Positions 22,201 through 34,600 of a stretch of 64,000 bases of DNA are shown in pieces (position 1 is the first letter of the stretch; every line of letters starts with the position of its first letter). The position numbers were made by a program, and so were the translations under genes. Where the stretch lies: contig OX337230.1 of NCBI GenBank assembly GCA_946965045.2, positions 2,418,001 through 2,482,000 of the forward strand. The letters run 5' to 3'. The DNA comes from Epithemia pelagica (taxonomy: Eukaryota > Protista > Bacillariophyta). The notes beneath the pieces are model-generated. The model made no database searches. It saw only the letters and a list, made by a program, of their open reading frames with translations, and was not told the DNA's origin.

Positions 22201-24868
22201 TCTTGAGGCTCTCTCCGGACGCCCACCCGACATTACTCATCTCTTGTTCTTTCCTTTCTGGGATGAGGTTTACTACCGTGTCGACCCCACTGAACCCAAT
22301 TCTGGTTCATATCCATCTTCTTCTGATGAGAAACTTGGCCACTGGGTTGGTTTTGCTCACAACGTTGGTGATTCTTTTACTTGGAAGATTCTCACCCAGG
22401 ATAACCAGATAATCTACCGTTCTACCGTTCGCCGTGTTGAATCCACTACACCTAACCTACGTGTGGATCGACCTTCAGGGGAGGATTTGTCTGAGAAGGA
22501 TGACAATGATAAGCAAGCTGACACTGTCTTCATTCGCAGTGATAGTGAAGATCCATCCAAACCAATGCCCACGATCGATTTTGACGACATGATAGGACGC
22601 ACATTCCTATGCGACACAGAAGAAAATGGGGAGCGACACCGTGCACGTGTCATCAAACGAGTCATTGATCTTAATGAAGAAGCAACAAAACAGGAAGAAC
22701 GTGTCAAGTACATCTACCGAAAGACAAATTCTGATGTTGATGAGATGATATCCTATAATCAACTCATGGAGTATATCGAACGAGATAACCAAGCTCAAAC
22801 CTCTGGAGATAATCTTTTCAGGTTCAGGGACGTCATTGCCCATCAAGGCCCACTGAACACAACTGATCCAGATTACAAGGGGAGCAAATATAATTTGCTT
22901 GTTGATTGGGAAACTGGGGAGACTACCTATGAACCTTTATCACTCATCGCCAATGATGATCCGATCACTGTAGCAATTTATGGAAAGAAACATGGTTTAC
23001 TCAACAAACCTGGATGGAAGCATTTGAAACGTTATGTCAAAACAAGCAAACGTCTCATTCGAGCAGCCAAACAGTCAAGGATTAAACAAGTTCACCATTC
23101 CGTCAAGTATAAGTTTGGATTCCAAGTACCACGCAATTATGAGGAAGCTGTCGCTCTTGATAAACAACATGGCAACACAAAGTGGCAGGATGCAACAGAA
23201 TTAGAATTGTCACAGATCCAGTCCTACAAGACATTCAAGGATTTTGGGAAAGCCATCTTCATTAAAGGGAAAGTATCCAATGCACCTGAAGGATATCATA
23301 AGATACGTGTACATCTTGTCTTTGACGTAAAACATGATGGACGACATAAAGCAAGACTTGTCGCAGATGGACATCTCACAAAAGAACCTGTTGAGACAAT
23401 CTATTCAGGTGTTGTTTCCATTCGCAACCTCCGCATTGCCTTATTCCTGGGTACTTTGAATGACTTGGAAATATGGGGAGCAGATATTGGAAACGCATAT
23501 CTGGAAGCCTTGACAGGGGAGAAAATCTTCATTGTCGCAGGACCTGAATTCAAGGAATTAGAAGGTCACATCCTGATTATATACAAGGCACTTTATGGAT
23601 TGAAGTCATCAGGCGCACGCTGGCATGATGTCTTATTCAATGTTTTGACAGACATGGGATTTTCACCAAGCAAAGCAGATCCGGATATCTGGATGAGGAA
23701 AGCACCTGGAGAAGACTGTTACGAATACATTGCCGTATACGTTGATGACTTAGCCATTATTTCTACTGATCCTGGGAATATCTGCAAGATCCTGAAGGAG
23801 AAATACAACTTCAAACTCAAAGGAGATGGACCTATTGATTTCCACTTGGGATGTTGCTACACCAAGGATTCTGATGGAACATTAGTAGCAGATCCAAGAC
23901 GCTACATTGGTAAGATGATGGACACTTTCGAACGAATCTTCAAGGAGAAACCCAAGAAAGCCAAAACACCTCTTATTGGTGGAGACCATCCTGAATTGGA
24001 TGATTCTGAGCTCCTTGATGAAGAAGGCACTAGCCATTTCCAAACTCTGATTGGACAACTCCAATGGGTGATCACTATTGGTCGTTTTGACGTCTTCACC
24101 GCTACAATGACGCTATCACGCTTTCGTGCTGCTCGGAGGAAAGGACATCTTGATAGAGCCAAGCGTATCTATGGATACCTTGCACATCTCCCAGAAGGCG
24201 CAATCAGATTTAGGATTGGAGAGCCTGATTATTCAAGTCTTCCTACCCAAGAATTTGATTGGACTCGCACTGTCTATTCGAATGCAAGTGAACGTATTCC
24301 TGAAGACTGCCCAACACCTCTTGGCCGCTATGTTACCACAACTCATTATGTTGATGCCAATCTCATGCATGACATAGTCACTGGTAAATCTGTCACTGCT
24401 GTTCTACATTTGCTGAACGACACACCTATTGACTGGTACAGCAAGAGACAGAGCACGGTGGAAACTGCTACCTATGGATCCGAGTTTGTGGCTGCAAGGA
24501 CAGCAAAAGATCAGATTACAGAATTACGACATTCTCTCCGCTACCTTGGAGTACCTATCCGAGAGCGAAGTTACATGTACGGAGATAACAGATCTGTTGT
24601 GCTCAATGCAACCGTTCCTCATTCCATACTATCCAAGAGACACCATCTTCTGTCATACCACCGAGTTTGTGAAGCCATCGCAGCAAAGTATGTTGCATTC
24701 TACTGGAAAGATGGAAAGACCAACCCTGCCGATATCCTTAGCAAACATTGGGATTTCGTATCTATTTGGCCCATGCTCAAGCCATTATTGTTTTGGAAAG
24801 GAGAAGTTCAAGACCTCAACAAATCCAATGATGACAAGGCTGAAACGACGAGTTGTGGGGAGTGTTAG
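19212..24868 (+). pseudogene. gag-pol polyprotein of copia-1 (frameshift at 19480-19483; inverted integrase segment 21818-21877)
   Basis: Protease LIDCGANGG; integrase TDSVF / LISDGG / QNKAENRY; RT LVFDVKHDGRHKARLV, KALYGLK, YVDD; RNase H YVDANL, TYGSEF, YGDNRS, NPADILSK. Confidence 0.93.
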
Positions 24869-25646
24869 AATTCTCACCGTCGATGGTGGTTAGATTCTAC
24901 ATCTCATCGATTCCCCATGTCACATAGCCTCGTGCTATCGCATCATGCCATCTAGCTTCGAGCTATGTTCCCTAGCTTCGTGCTATATCGACCTATATTT
25001 CTTTGCAAATCATGAAAAGTGAGAATAGATTGACGAACTCACTCTCAAGACTAAACTGGGTCGTGCGGTATTACAACGGACGTAAATTTGGCCGTTGCTC
25101 GGACATTATACTTACGCCCTAAGCGTACGCGCCCGAAATCATCGAGCGCGCCCAAGCGACATCCGAGCGCTGTTGGCATCTATCCGACCCAACGGTCTAA
25201 GTATCCCAAGCACAACACACGATCACGCGAGACCATATTTCCATTCCCACAATCTCCAAATTGTCAACAAGCTGCGCGCCATGAAAACAACTATGCCAAT
25301 CCAAAGCAAGAGCTGTTGACCCTGTATATGTTATCCGTCCACACATACATGTCATATACATCACATGAATCGACTCCAACTATTCCAAACCTGTTGCCGC
25401 CAAGACCCTATGACACATGACCCTTGGCAGGACCGAACATTTCACGTAGACCTATCGTAGTAATCAACACACAATCTAACAATATCACCATTTATCACAT
25501 CCTCTTTTGTGTCCCGACTATCCTTTTGATAGACTACGACTTGCTTTCCTCTCTTACCCGTGGAGAGGTTTGTATCGGTTGGTGACTACCTGATTGTCTG
25601 CTCTAACGAGCATTGATGTCCCTACGATTCAGAAAGAATTGTAACA
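24863..25646 (+). repeat. 3' LTR of copia-1
   Basis: Direct repeat of 17295-18078, followed by TSD TTTCT. Confidence 0.97.
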
Positions 25647-26929
25647 TTTCTAAGGCATCCAAAGTCAGAAATCCGAACCAAATCCCAAATCCCAAGATTA
25701 GATGATGGATCAAAGAGCTAGGAACTTCTAGGAACAAGCGCATAAATCTGAAATCAGGATGACGGATGACATGTTGAATTTGGCGAAAAAGATATAGGAA
25801 TGACTCTACTCGTAGATTATTGATTATTGATCGATTACGGTGATGAGTGATGACTATGGACATGAAAAATGAAAAATGAAAATGTCTTGGGATGGTTCAA
25901 GCTATTTAGTCTACCTGCTACTTGCTACTGCTACGCCTGCTACTGTTAACTGCTATGTACAAGAATGGGAACAGATTCAAGAGTCAAGAGTCAATATGGA
26001 GGAGCTTTGTCCAGCGTTCAGCGTCGACATGGTCCAGCTCTGAACGTACATCGCTGGACCACCTCAATTAGGGAGCTCAGGTGGATTTTTAGATCACTGA
26101 TCCACTTAGCTTACTCGAACACGATCCACTCCAGCGCTGGAGAATGTCAAGCATGTCAGGCGTGATTCTGGGTAATCAAGAATCAAGCTCTCGCTTCTCG
26201 CTTGTACGAGTGTAAGTGGTAAGTGTAGAAGTCCAAGGTAAGGTCCAAAGGGTAGGAGTACGAGTACCAGTATAAACTACAAATGGGAGAAATAAGAGTA
26301 GTAATAATAACATTCTAATTAATATTCGTATTATAAAAGAACCGAAAACACAGAGAAATAATAAATAATAACATCGCAAGTATTGTCAATAAATTAATAG
26401 GTCAAAAGATGATGACAATAAGACTTATGACGATACCAAATAACTCCAAATAGCATTTTTATTGCATCTTTCCTGGTACTTCTTCGATCATCACTGCGGC
26501 TCGTGATGACTGATGACTGATGATGTATCATCCCAAAAGTTTATAGGACAGCACGTCCACCGTGTAGAACTAGTACATAAGCCACGTATGTAGGGTGTAG
26601 TACTAGGTATAAGTAGGAAAGAAAAGAAGGAATCTTAGTCTTATTCCCGTAATGTGGAGAGGGCAGAGACGAGAGGTTGTGCTGCCCTTGCCTCTTGTGA
26701 CTTGGCATGAAGAATGAAAAATGAAGACCTCGTCTCCTAGAGACAAGGGTGCTTGCCTTTGTCATCTCATTATTAGGGACGACACCAGGGCTCTGAGTGT
26801 CCAACTGTGTTTGTCGTCTGGGCGAGAGCAGTATAGTGCTGTCAACAGTGGCAGCAGGCATCATAATAGGTTATCATTGGTTTTGTTTTGTTGTCTTGTC
26901 TGGTCGTCTTTTGTAGTTGTGTTGTTGCT

Positions 26930-27240
26930 CCTCTTTGGCATCAATCAATTGCTGGATTGTTGCATTTGGACAAGGAGTTGTTGATTGTTGCATTGGTTCT
27001 CTGGAGTGTTTCTGGCTCATCCACCATGTAGTTGATTGTTGTTTTCGTCTTCATGAGGTTGTTGTTTTGGCGCTGGTGGGAAAGCTGGGGAAACAAGCCT
27101 GAAGAGCCAAGGGCACATTGCATCTCTTTTTCTCAATGCTGCTGCAGTTGATTGTTGTTTTGGACATTGTCTTGTACGTTCGGTGGAGTTGATTGTTGCG
27201 CTCGTTGTCATTGTCGCTACCATTGTCTCGTATGGGGAGT
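26930..27240 (-). repeat. Cluster of CAACAATCAAC(T) motifs in low-complexity sequence
   Basis: GTTGATTGTTG on the plus strand at about 26980, 27031, 27147 and 27188, plus degenerate copies. Confidence 0.6.
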
Positions 27241-27924
27241 TGATGTTTTTGCTTAAAGAAGAAGCTTCCATCGACCAACATCCATCATGGTAGTCCATTG
27301 GGATCCATTTGATTGTCTTGGTGGTTCCTTCTCTGCGGTTGTTGCAATTGGTGGTTGGGTCAGAACATTCCAGTTGATTGCCGCATGTCATTGTCGTGGC
27401 TCCATGAATCGTAATGCCAGCAGTAACCATCCCCTCTCTCTTCCACTTGATGGCCAGCATCTCGTCCTCATTGAACTCTCCTCTGCACTAGCATCTTGAT
27501 GTAAGCGAAGGCTTTTCCAAAAGCACCTGTGGGTCCTTGTCGTTGCGGTTTCTCGTCCTATGACAAGTACTCCCTCATGGGTACGTCCAGTGAAGCGTGA
27601 TGCGAGGGTTTGTGAAATTCCCTTTTGCTACATACAGCGCTATCGTGAACCGGACAAGTGTCCACCAAACAATTGAGTAAAAGTGGTCACTTCTTGTGCT
27701 CGTAGGCTATGGTACAGCGATCCTGTGCTGTGGCGCTAGGTTAGGTACTGATCATCAATATTTCTAGGACTTCTGTCCGGTAATTTTTTCCGATATCCTA
27801 AAGTTTGTCCTATAAATTAGGGCTAATGTGAATTTTTGTCTATTGCATATTATATATTATACGAATATGAATATGACTTTCTCTTTTCTCTTGGTTCTTC
27901 TTTCCATTTTCCATAAGTCAATTA

Positions 27925-30097
27925 TTGATAGACGGCAACTACCCGACTCGTCTAGTTGCGCCTGCCACCAACTTCACCGCCGGTTTCCCCAAAATTGGGT
28001 ACTTGGGAATCAAGAACCTCTTCAAAGAGTACGAGATCGACTACGGCCTCCGCAACAAAGTCCAAGCTTCGGATCTCAAAGAGAAACTAGAAGCCATGTC
28101 ATTCGACTCGTCCAACGCGACAATCGTCTCAGTGGACGCAGAAGCAATGTATCCTTCAATCAAGTTTCAATTGATCTACGACGCAGTCCTATACTACGCG
28201 GACGCCCTCCCCCCCCCCCCCCCCCGAAACACACCGCACAATCAACCTCTGTCTAGATCTCATTTTCTTCGGCATGACGAACACCCTCATTGCCTTCCAA
28301 GATGAGTACTATCTCTACGATGGAGACTTGAAACCGGCCGAACGCGGGCTCACCATCGGGGGATACGAATCAGCATGGCTGGCCGATCTCGTAATGTCCT
28401 ACCTCCTTGAAGCAACCTACGACTCGCTCTTCGATCCGATGCACTTTTTCGGAATGTACCGAGACGACGGCCTAGCCGTCTTCAAAGGCAAACTGTCAAC
28501 GAAAGAAATCAAGGACTGGTTAGAATCCTTCCAAACCGACGTCAACAAAATCGCAGGTAACAACTTCTTAAAGTTTACAGCTGTGATTTGGGACCCATTC
28601 TCAGAACACGACACCTCCACAATCGACAACAACAACATCTCCATCGCACAATCAAACACATTCCCTTTCCTGGACATGGAAATGTACTGGGGCGACAACA
28701 AAGTCCTCAAGTACAAGGTCCACGTCAAGAAGAATCAACAACTAAAGTATTTGAACAAAGGAAGTTCTCATACTCCAGGCTGTTGTAAAGCAATCCCCAG
28801 TGGAGTTATCAAGAGATTGACAAAACTCACCACAGTCGACAATGAGAACGCTGACAAGGTACTGGCGGAAATCTACCCAGTCCACTTTGACGCTCTAACC
28901 AAAGCAAACCTAATCAAACAAGAATCCATCCCGACCCTTGGAATGTCAAACAAGCAAATGGAAAAAGAGAAGAACGACACCGCCTCGCAAGCCCTAAAGA
29001 AACGCAGGGAACGCGATCGCAAACGAGCAGTCTATTTCAAAATAGGGTACTCAGACTTTTGGCGCAAACCAATACACAAAATCATCAAAGAGATCAAAGG
29101 GAAATTCTCATCCCTGGCTTGGCTGAGGGTATCTATGTCATACCACAGATTCAACAATGTCCGGGAACTGTTCCAAGGCGACCTAAACGCCAAACTCGCC
29201 GACGGACTAAGATCCCTCGATTTCAAAGATCTCGATTGCAACTGTCGCAACAAAGAGGCCTGCCCCTATGGAGGCCGTTGCAGACGCTCTATCGTTGTGT
29301 ACAAAGCCACCTGTCTCCAATCTGGCAAACAATATATCGGAAATACGCAACAACACGTCAAGAAGCGCCTCCAGCAGCACGTCCAAGACGTGAAAGCGCT
29401 AGTATTACACGACAAACAATCTGACTCGTTTGCCAGCCATTTCGCTTGCTTCGTCCCACGCGACATACCAAGAAAGGAGATGATGAAGAACCACGTCAAG
29501 CTCAAGGTAGAAATTCTTTGGCAGGGAAAACCTTTGTCCACCGTCAAAACTTTCGGCACCCGCTCTTGCAAACTCTGCGCAAAAGAAAGGCTCGAGATTT
29601 TAAAGTTCACCAGGAAATCTCCAAAGATGGCCATCAACAAATGCAACGAGGTCTATGGCACCTGTCGCCATAAACCTAGATTCCACCGGTTTCCTAAAAG
29701 CAACAACAATGCCAGCACTGATGAGTCGGTTGACGACGAAAGGGTCGTCATCTGCCGCCCGGTGTCAACCACATCCGTGGACTCCAAATCGTCGATTTTC
29801 ACTTGGGAATCAACCTCCCCCTCCAACGCATCCGCCGCCGACAATGTTTCAAATGATGAATCAGACACGGGCACGGACATGAGGGGAGACAGTATTCTAA
29901 ACGAGGTCCCCCAAATGTCTTATCACGAACGAAGAAGCTGTGGCCTCCAAGCCAGATTCACTTTCAGCACTCCAAAGGATACCCCTCCAGTCGTGGTATT
30001 CAAAGAAGGTGAACTAGAGGAGCTACCGCTGGTTTCAGCCCGGTCTACCACTGATGAAGCTGACTACGGCGACCAGGTGCGAGTGGAGATAGATTAG
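27925..30097 (+). mobile_element. Penelope-like retroelement (RT plus C-terminal GIY-YIG endonuclease), 5'-truncated, frameshift in a C17 run
   Basis: RT motifs SVDAEAMYPSI, GLTIGGYESAWLADLV, YRDDG, FPFLDM. Cys-rich linker CNCRNKEACPYGGRC. GIY-YIG VVYKATCLQSGKQYIGNTQQHVKKRLQQH. Removing one C from 28209-28225 fuses ORFs 27925-28305 and 28274-30097 (ALPPPPPETHRTINLCLDLIFFGMTNT). Confidence 0.92.
29711..29757 (+). ncRNA. Candidate minimal hammerhead ribozyme within the PLE ORF 3' end
   Basis: CTGATGA (29718-29724), stem II GTCG/CGAC with a 5-nt loop, then GAAA (29738-29741). Stems I (GCA/TGC) and III are short and imperfect. Confidence 0.45.
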
Positions 30098-30789
30098 GCC
30101 GGCCGACGACCAGCCAGCCCGCGCGTCAGCGAGCGAGAAGTAGAACACTTCCCAGTCTTAGACCGAAATTCCTAAAATAGTCTTCACACTCTTTGCTGTT
30201 TCTATTCTCTGAATTGATATCAATGGTGAATCTTCCATCTTCTAGATTCGCATTTAGCCTCTAGCAAAGACAAGAAGCGCGACTGCGAGTAAGCGAATTT
30301 TGAGCGAGTAGCTAACCCCATGATGGGCATTCACTGTCTTTTAGTTTTCGCCCTTTTATCCATGTCGTCTTTTGGTTTATCAGACCCATCCATGACTCTA
30401 TCAGAGCTTTACCCAAACCCATGGCCTGGGATATCTAAATCATTCGCTCTGAGAATGACTGCCCAAGGTCAGATATCTGTTCCCCCTTCCTCAAATCACA
30501 TATCTCACCTACAACGGGCTTCGAGAATGAGGGATGAGATGTGCGGTCAGCTTTTGCACGGCGCACATCGGGCAATGGTGGACGCACCACTCATCTTGCT
30601 GTTGAAAGGTGCACGCCACATGGACACTTGTTTCATTTATCAATGAAGTGCACCGTGAGAGCACCATACAAGCTCGACTCCGGTTCTACGTTTTTGCTGA
30701 CTCGCAGGTTCACAAAGTGATATGGGACGTGTGTCTTCGCGTCACGGTGTCGGTTGAATACGTCCCTCTAAACTAAAAGAAAGAACCAT

Positions 30790-32560
30790 GGTGGTCATTC
30801 CTCCTAGTCCTCTCGATATTCTTAATGCCTAGTACATGGATGTTATCCTCCAGATCAAGGACCAAGTTGCCCATGATGCATTGAATGCACAAGGCTCTCG
30901 TTTGATCAGTGACTTCGAAGTGCTTAGTGAAGACGATATTGCTGAAATATGCACTTACGCCTGAAAACCAGGTGGGATGATTCCTAATCCCAACCCTCTT
31001 GGACCACCTCTGATTGCCAACCCTGGTGTCCTCATGGGTCATCTAGCGCAGAAGAGGCTCAAGAAGTGCTACTACATCACAATGGTCACACTGTTTATCA
31101 TGAAGCTCTCCATACAAATAACCTCGGAGATGCATTCCAGTCTCACCTTTGTGTGAAAGTCAACCAGATCTTAGAAAGCCTCTACTATGATTGGGCCAAG
31201 AGGAACTTTACATACGAGTGATTAATTTGAATCGTTACAATGCTTTTATGGACCTTGAGTCTACTGGTGAAAGGAAGGTCCAAATTTTCATGACGCGCAT
31301 TGCTGATTCACGTCTTGAAAGTGCCAAGAATCAGATGTTTGCGACCCCTGCGTTGAAGGCTATGTTTGAAACTCCTTGGAACTTTCTAGCAGAAGGTTTG
31401 TTGGACAACAAAGTGTCCTTAAGTGCTTCAAATTGCAAGCAACCACACATTTCCACTGTGCAAACAATGTCAAAGGGACAAGGGAAAAAATGGGAATAAC
31501 AAAACAGTGGAGTAGAGTAAGGACATTTACACCAGGTTTTATAAGCCAAATGAGTGGGCCAAACTGTCTTGCGAGAAATGACAATGAGTACACAATACTC
31601 GTGAAAGCTCAGAACTGGCCCCCAGATGGAATACAGGTCTAACATCTGCACAATGAACATTCCAGGCAACAATGCAACTGGGAGTGCGTGAGTTCACTCC
31701 TCTTGGTGGATCTAAACGACTCAAGCATATGACATTTCAACTTCAACACTGATGGCTGAGAGCTGACGTCTCTACTGACGCCTGATTCCACGGATTTTGG
31801 ATGGGTGGCTGTACTTCATAATGATGCAAAAGAGAAGTGATGCACCATCGACATTTCCACCACTGTTTGACAAGGACCAAAGACTGTTGAACGAGTGCTG
31901 GAAATTGACAGAGAAACTGGAACTGACTATTGGAGGAAGGCATTACAACTATCAATGTCCAAGATCTTGCCATATCGTGTTTGATGTCAAAATGGACTTC
32001 ACATGTAACAATACCAGATATGTTGCCGGGGGACAGAAGACAAGCAAAGTTTGTCAAGAGAGTGTTTGGCTCGGGTTTCTTATGGTAGCACTCAAAGGCC
32101 TCGACGTCTTGATCACTGATATTGCTAGAGCATACCTCAATTCCCCATGCCTGCCATGCCTGGAGAAAGTATACACCAGTTGAGGACTGGAGTTTGGTCT
32201 TGAATACAAAGGACACGTTGACAAAATCACAAGGGCACTATATGGACTGCAAACAAGTGCATATGCATGGTGGGAACTGTTATCGACAACGCTCTTTCGA
32301 CCCCGATGTCATCTATATTCGACCACCAGCTAGTACAAAGCCTGGTGATAGCATGCGCTACTATGAAATGTTGTTTGTCTACACAGATGATATCCTTTTT
32401 GTTTCCCATAAACCAAAGGGAACTCTTGCAATGTTTGATCATCACTATCTACTCAAGCCCGATTCTATTGGGGTGCCAGAGATTTATTTGGGGGATCAGA
32501 TCAAGCAGTTTGACATTTACAATGACTCAAGTCAAAGATGCTGGGCTCTGAGTGCATGCG
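30790..32560 (+). mobile_element. Degenerate copia relic (gag N-terminus and RT fragments)
   Basis: Gag-like LNAQG..LISDFEVLSEDDIAEIC..KPGGMIPNPNP..ANPG. RT-like CHIVFDVKMDF, DIARAYLN, YTDDILFVSH, KPDSIG.PEIYLG. Many stops and frameshifts. Confidence 0.8.
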
Positions 32561-33059
32561 CAGTCGTTGGAATAGAAAAGGAACAAATGTGCGTGACTCA
32601 TGCAGTCTTATTCCCAAATTGGACTTCTTGCGGTCGTTTTTTTGAACATTTGAACGAACCTATGCAGCCGTAAAAGCAGAAATGGGAACAAAAATGGAAC
32701 AAAATATCGTCCTGCATGATGGTTTTGGCCCGCCAATGCCAGTGGCTTGCATGTAGCAGTTTGAATTCACGCCCGTCAGCCTGTCACGTTGTTGACGCAT
32801 GCGCAATGGTACAATACTAATGTATATTCAGTATTCAGATTGTACGTAAGACCAGCCTTGTCTCGTGACTCATGTGCCAAGACTCGTTTGCTCGAACTTT
32901 CTGCTAGAAAAAACTGAGCACAGATTCGAAAAATCTATGCCAAAGAAAGAGGAATAACTCAGATTTAAATTCGTTCCAGGTTTGTTCCGCGCGTTGCAGA
33001 GCCATTTTCATGGAATAGCACAGATTTGCCGAGTTGTTCCTGTTTTATTCCAATGACTG
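32561..33059. mobile_element. hAT-type MITE, 499 bp
   Basis: About 26-bp imperfect TIRs, CAGTCGTTGGAATAGAAAAGGAACAA and TTGTTCCTGTTTTATTCCAATGACTG. 8-bp TSD TGCATGCG (32553-32560) / TGCATGCC (33060-33067). Confidence 0.78.
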
Positions 33060-33079
33060 TGCATGCCCTTAGAATAGAC

Positions 33080-34600
33080 TGTGTCCATCTGTTGTGTTGT
33101 CCTGCTAATTGGCTCCATGACACGATCTTTGCATCTCGATAACAGCCACCACAGCATCCATCTTTCCACTTACCACTCCGCCTTTGTTCTCAACTGGTCC
33201 TACCACACACTACCCCTCTTCCAAGCTTTCCACCTCGCCCTCACTGCTTTTAATGTCCTAGACGACAACATGCTGAACAGTGACATTGAAAACTCTCCTG
33301 AAACCACACCCAATGACAACACTGAATGACTTGTGCTTGACTTCCCATTCAACATCCAATGCCAGCTCACCCTCAAATCATGCCTTACAATCTCCTCCCA
33401 CAATTGGCTCAGGAAACACCAAACACCATTCTCCCCTCGCTTCCTCCTTCTGCCCTATCACCCCTCGTGAGCAAAGCAGTCTACAATCCTTGTCACTTTC
33501 ATCCGCTGTTCCATCTACCACCAAACCACCTCTGCAACGTCGCTCTTAAACAAAAACTCCGACTCCCTATCTTCGACGCAAGCACTGACAACATTCCCTG
33601 CCTGTGCAACAAGCATCAGCCATTAGACCATTAATGGTGACCACCTAGTATTCACATGGCGCACAAAGGTCCCTATAACTCATGCTTCCAGCAATACAAT
33701 TCGAGATGCCTTATACAATATCCTTCAAGAATTGGCAGACCACTCATAACCCACCATCTGAACAAAAAATGTTATCCACATTGAACCACCCAATTTTGTA
33801 TTACCCACATGCCCATCCAACACTTGTTGGGCATTAAATGGATGCTCAGCACTCAGAACCCAAAACATTTCACTTACTTAGCAATCAATGTCACCATCAT
33901 CCTTGTCGAAATGTTTTCCCCGACAACTGAACTGCCCGATCTTCTGCATGCAACAAATTCATCAGGGACCCAATCACTACCCTCATTTACAACCAACGTA
34001 TTGCCCTCGGCCCCTTCACCATCGACTGCCTTGGTGGCCTTGGCACCAGCACCTCTTATTCCCCAACCCCACCACTTCCACCAACATGGTCTATGGCCCA
34101 AACCCCCATCCATAATAGGGCAATGACAACCTGACTTCTAGTCTGCCCATGCCTCCTCCAACCCACAGCATTTGAATTGTACAACAACTTCTCCCATTAC
34201 CCCAAACACCTTTCTCTCATCCCTCACAAATTTGATCTTCCCTCCAGCTCCACCCCAACCCATACACCTGTTCCCCAACACCCCATCTCTCCTTGGCCAC
34301 CCTCACCAAATTGAACTTGGCCATGTCATTATTGCTGGCCTGGTAACCAACGTTCCATGAATCACACTCATTGCAAAAATGGCAACAATAACGGTGCACC
34401 CTTAGAGCATCGTAATAATCACCACTCTCCCACCCACATTGGCAAATGGTCGCCTACTGCCCTCAAATCCCAATGGGATTTTTGCCAACATGACAAAATT
34501 TGTCCTCTGCTTAGCACCACTCTCGTCTTTGATGCCCACATGAACCCTAATGCTTCTGCTCCTGCACCCGCTCCTTCTGACCAACCATTGTGACTAGCTC
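33080..34600 (+). mobile_element. Degenerate non-LTR retrotransposon 3' region (Zn-knuckle / restriction-like endonuclease clade)
   Basis: Broken frames give LKQKLRLPIFD..CLC..LDH, SNTIRDALYNIL and AINVTI, resembling the CCHC plus REL endonuclease region of CRE/R2-group LINEs. C-rich; no RT core seen. Confidence 0.45.

Larger units (their letters stand above)
17295..25646 (+). mobile_element. Full-length Ty1/copia (CoDi-like) LTR retrotransposon, copia-1, 8352 bp, defective
   Basis: 784-bp TG...CA LTRs, 5-bp TSD TTTCT (17290-17294 and 25647-25651), PPT-like GTTGTGGGGAG before the 3' LTR, domain order gag-PR-IN-RT-RH. Confidence 0.97.

Noticed and set aside
30051-30135. Second CTGATGA as another hammerhead
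   Set aside because: No GAAA follows a properly placed stem II; the GCTGAC/GTCAGC pairing is offset and followed by GAGC.
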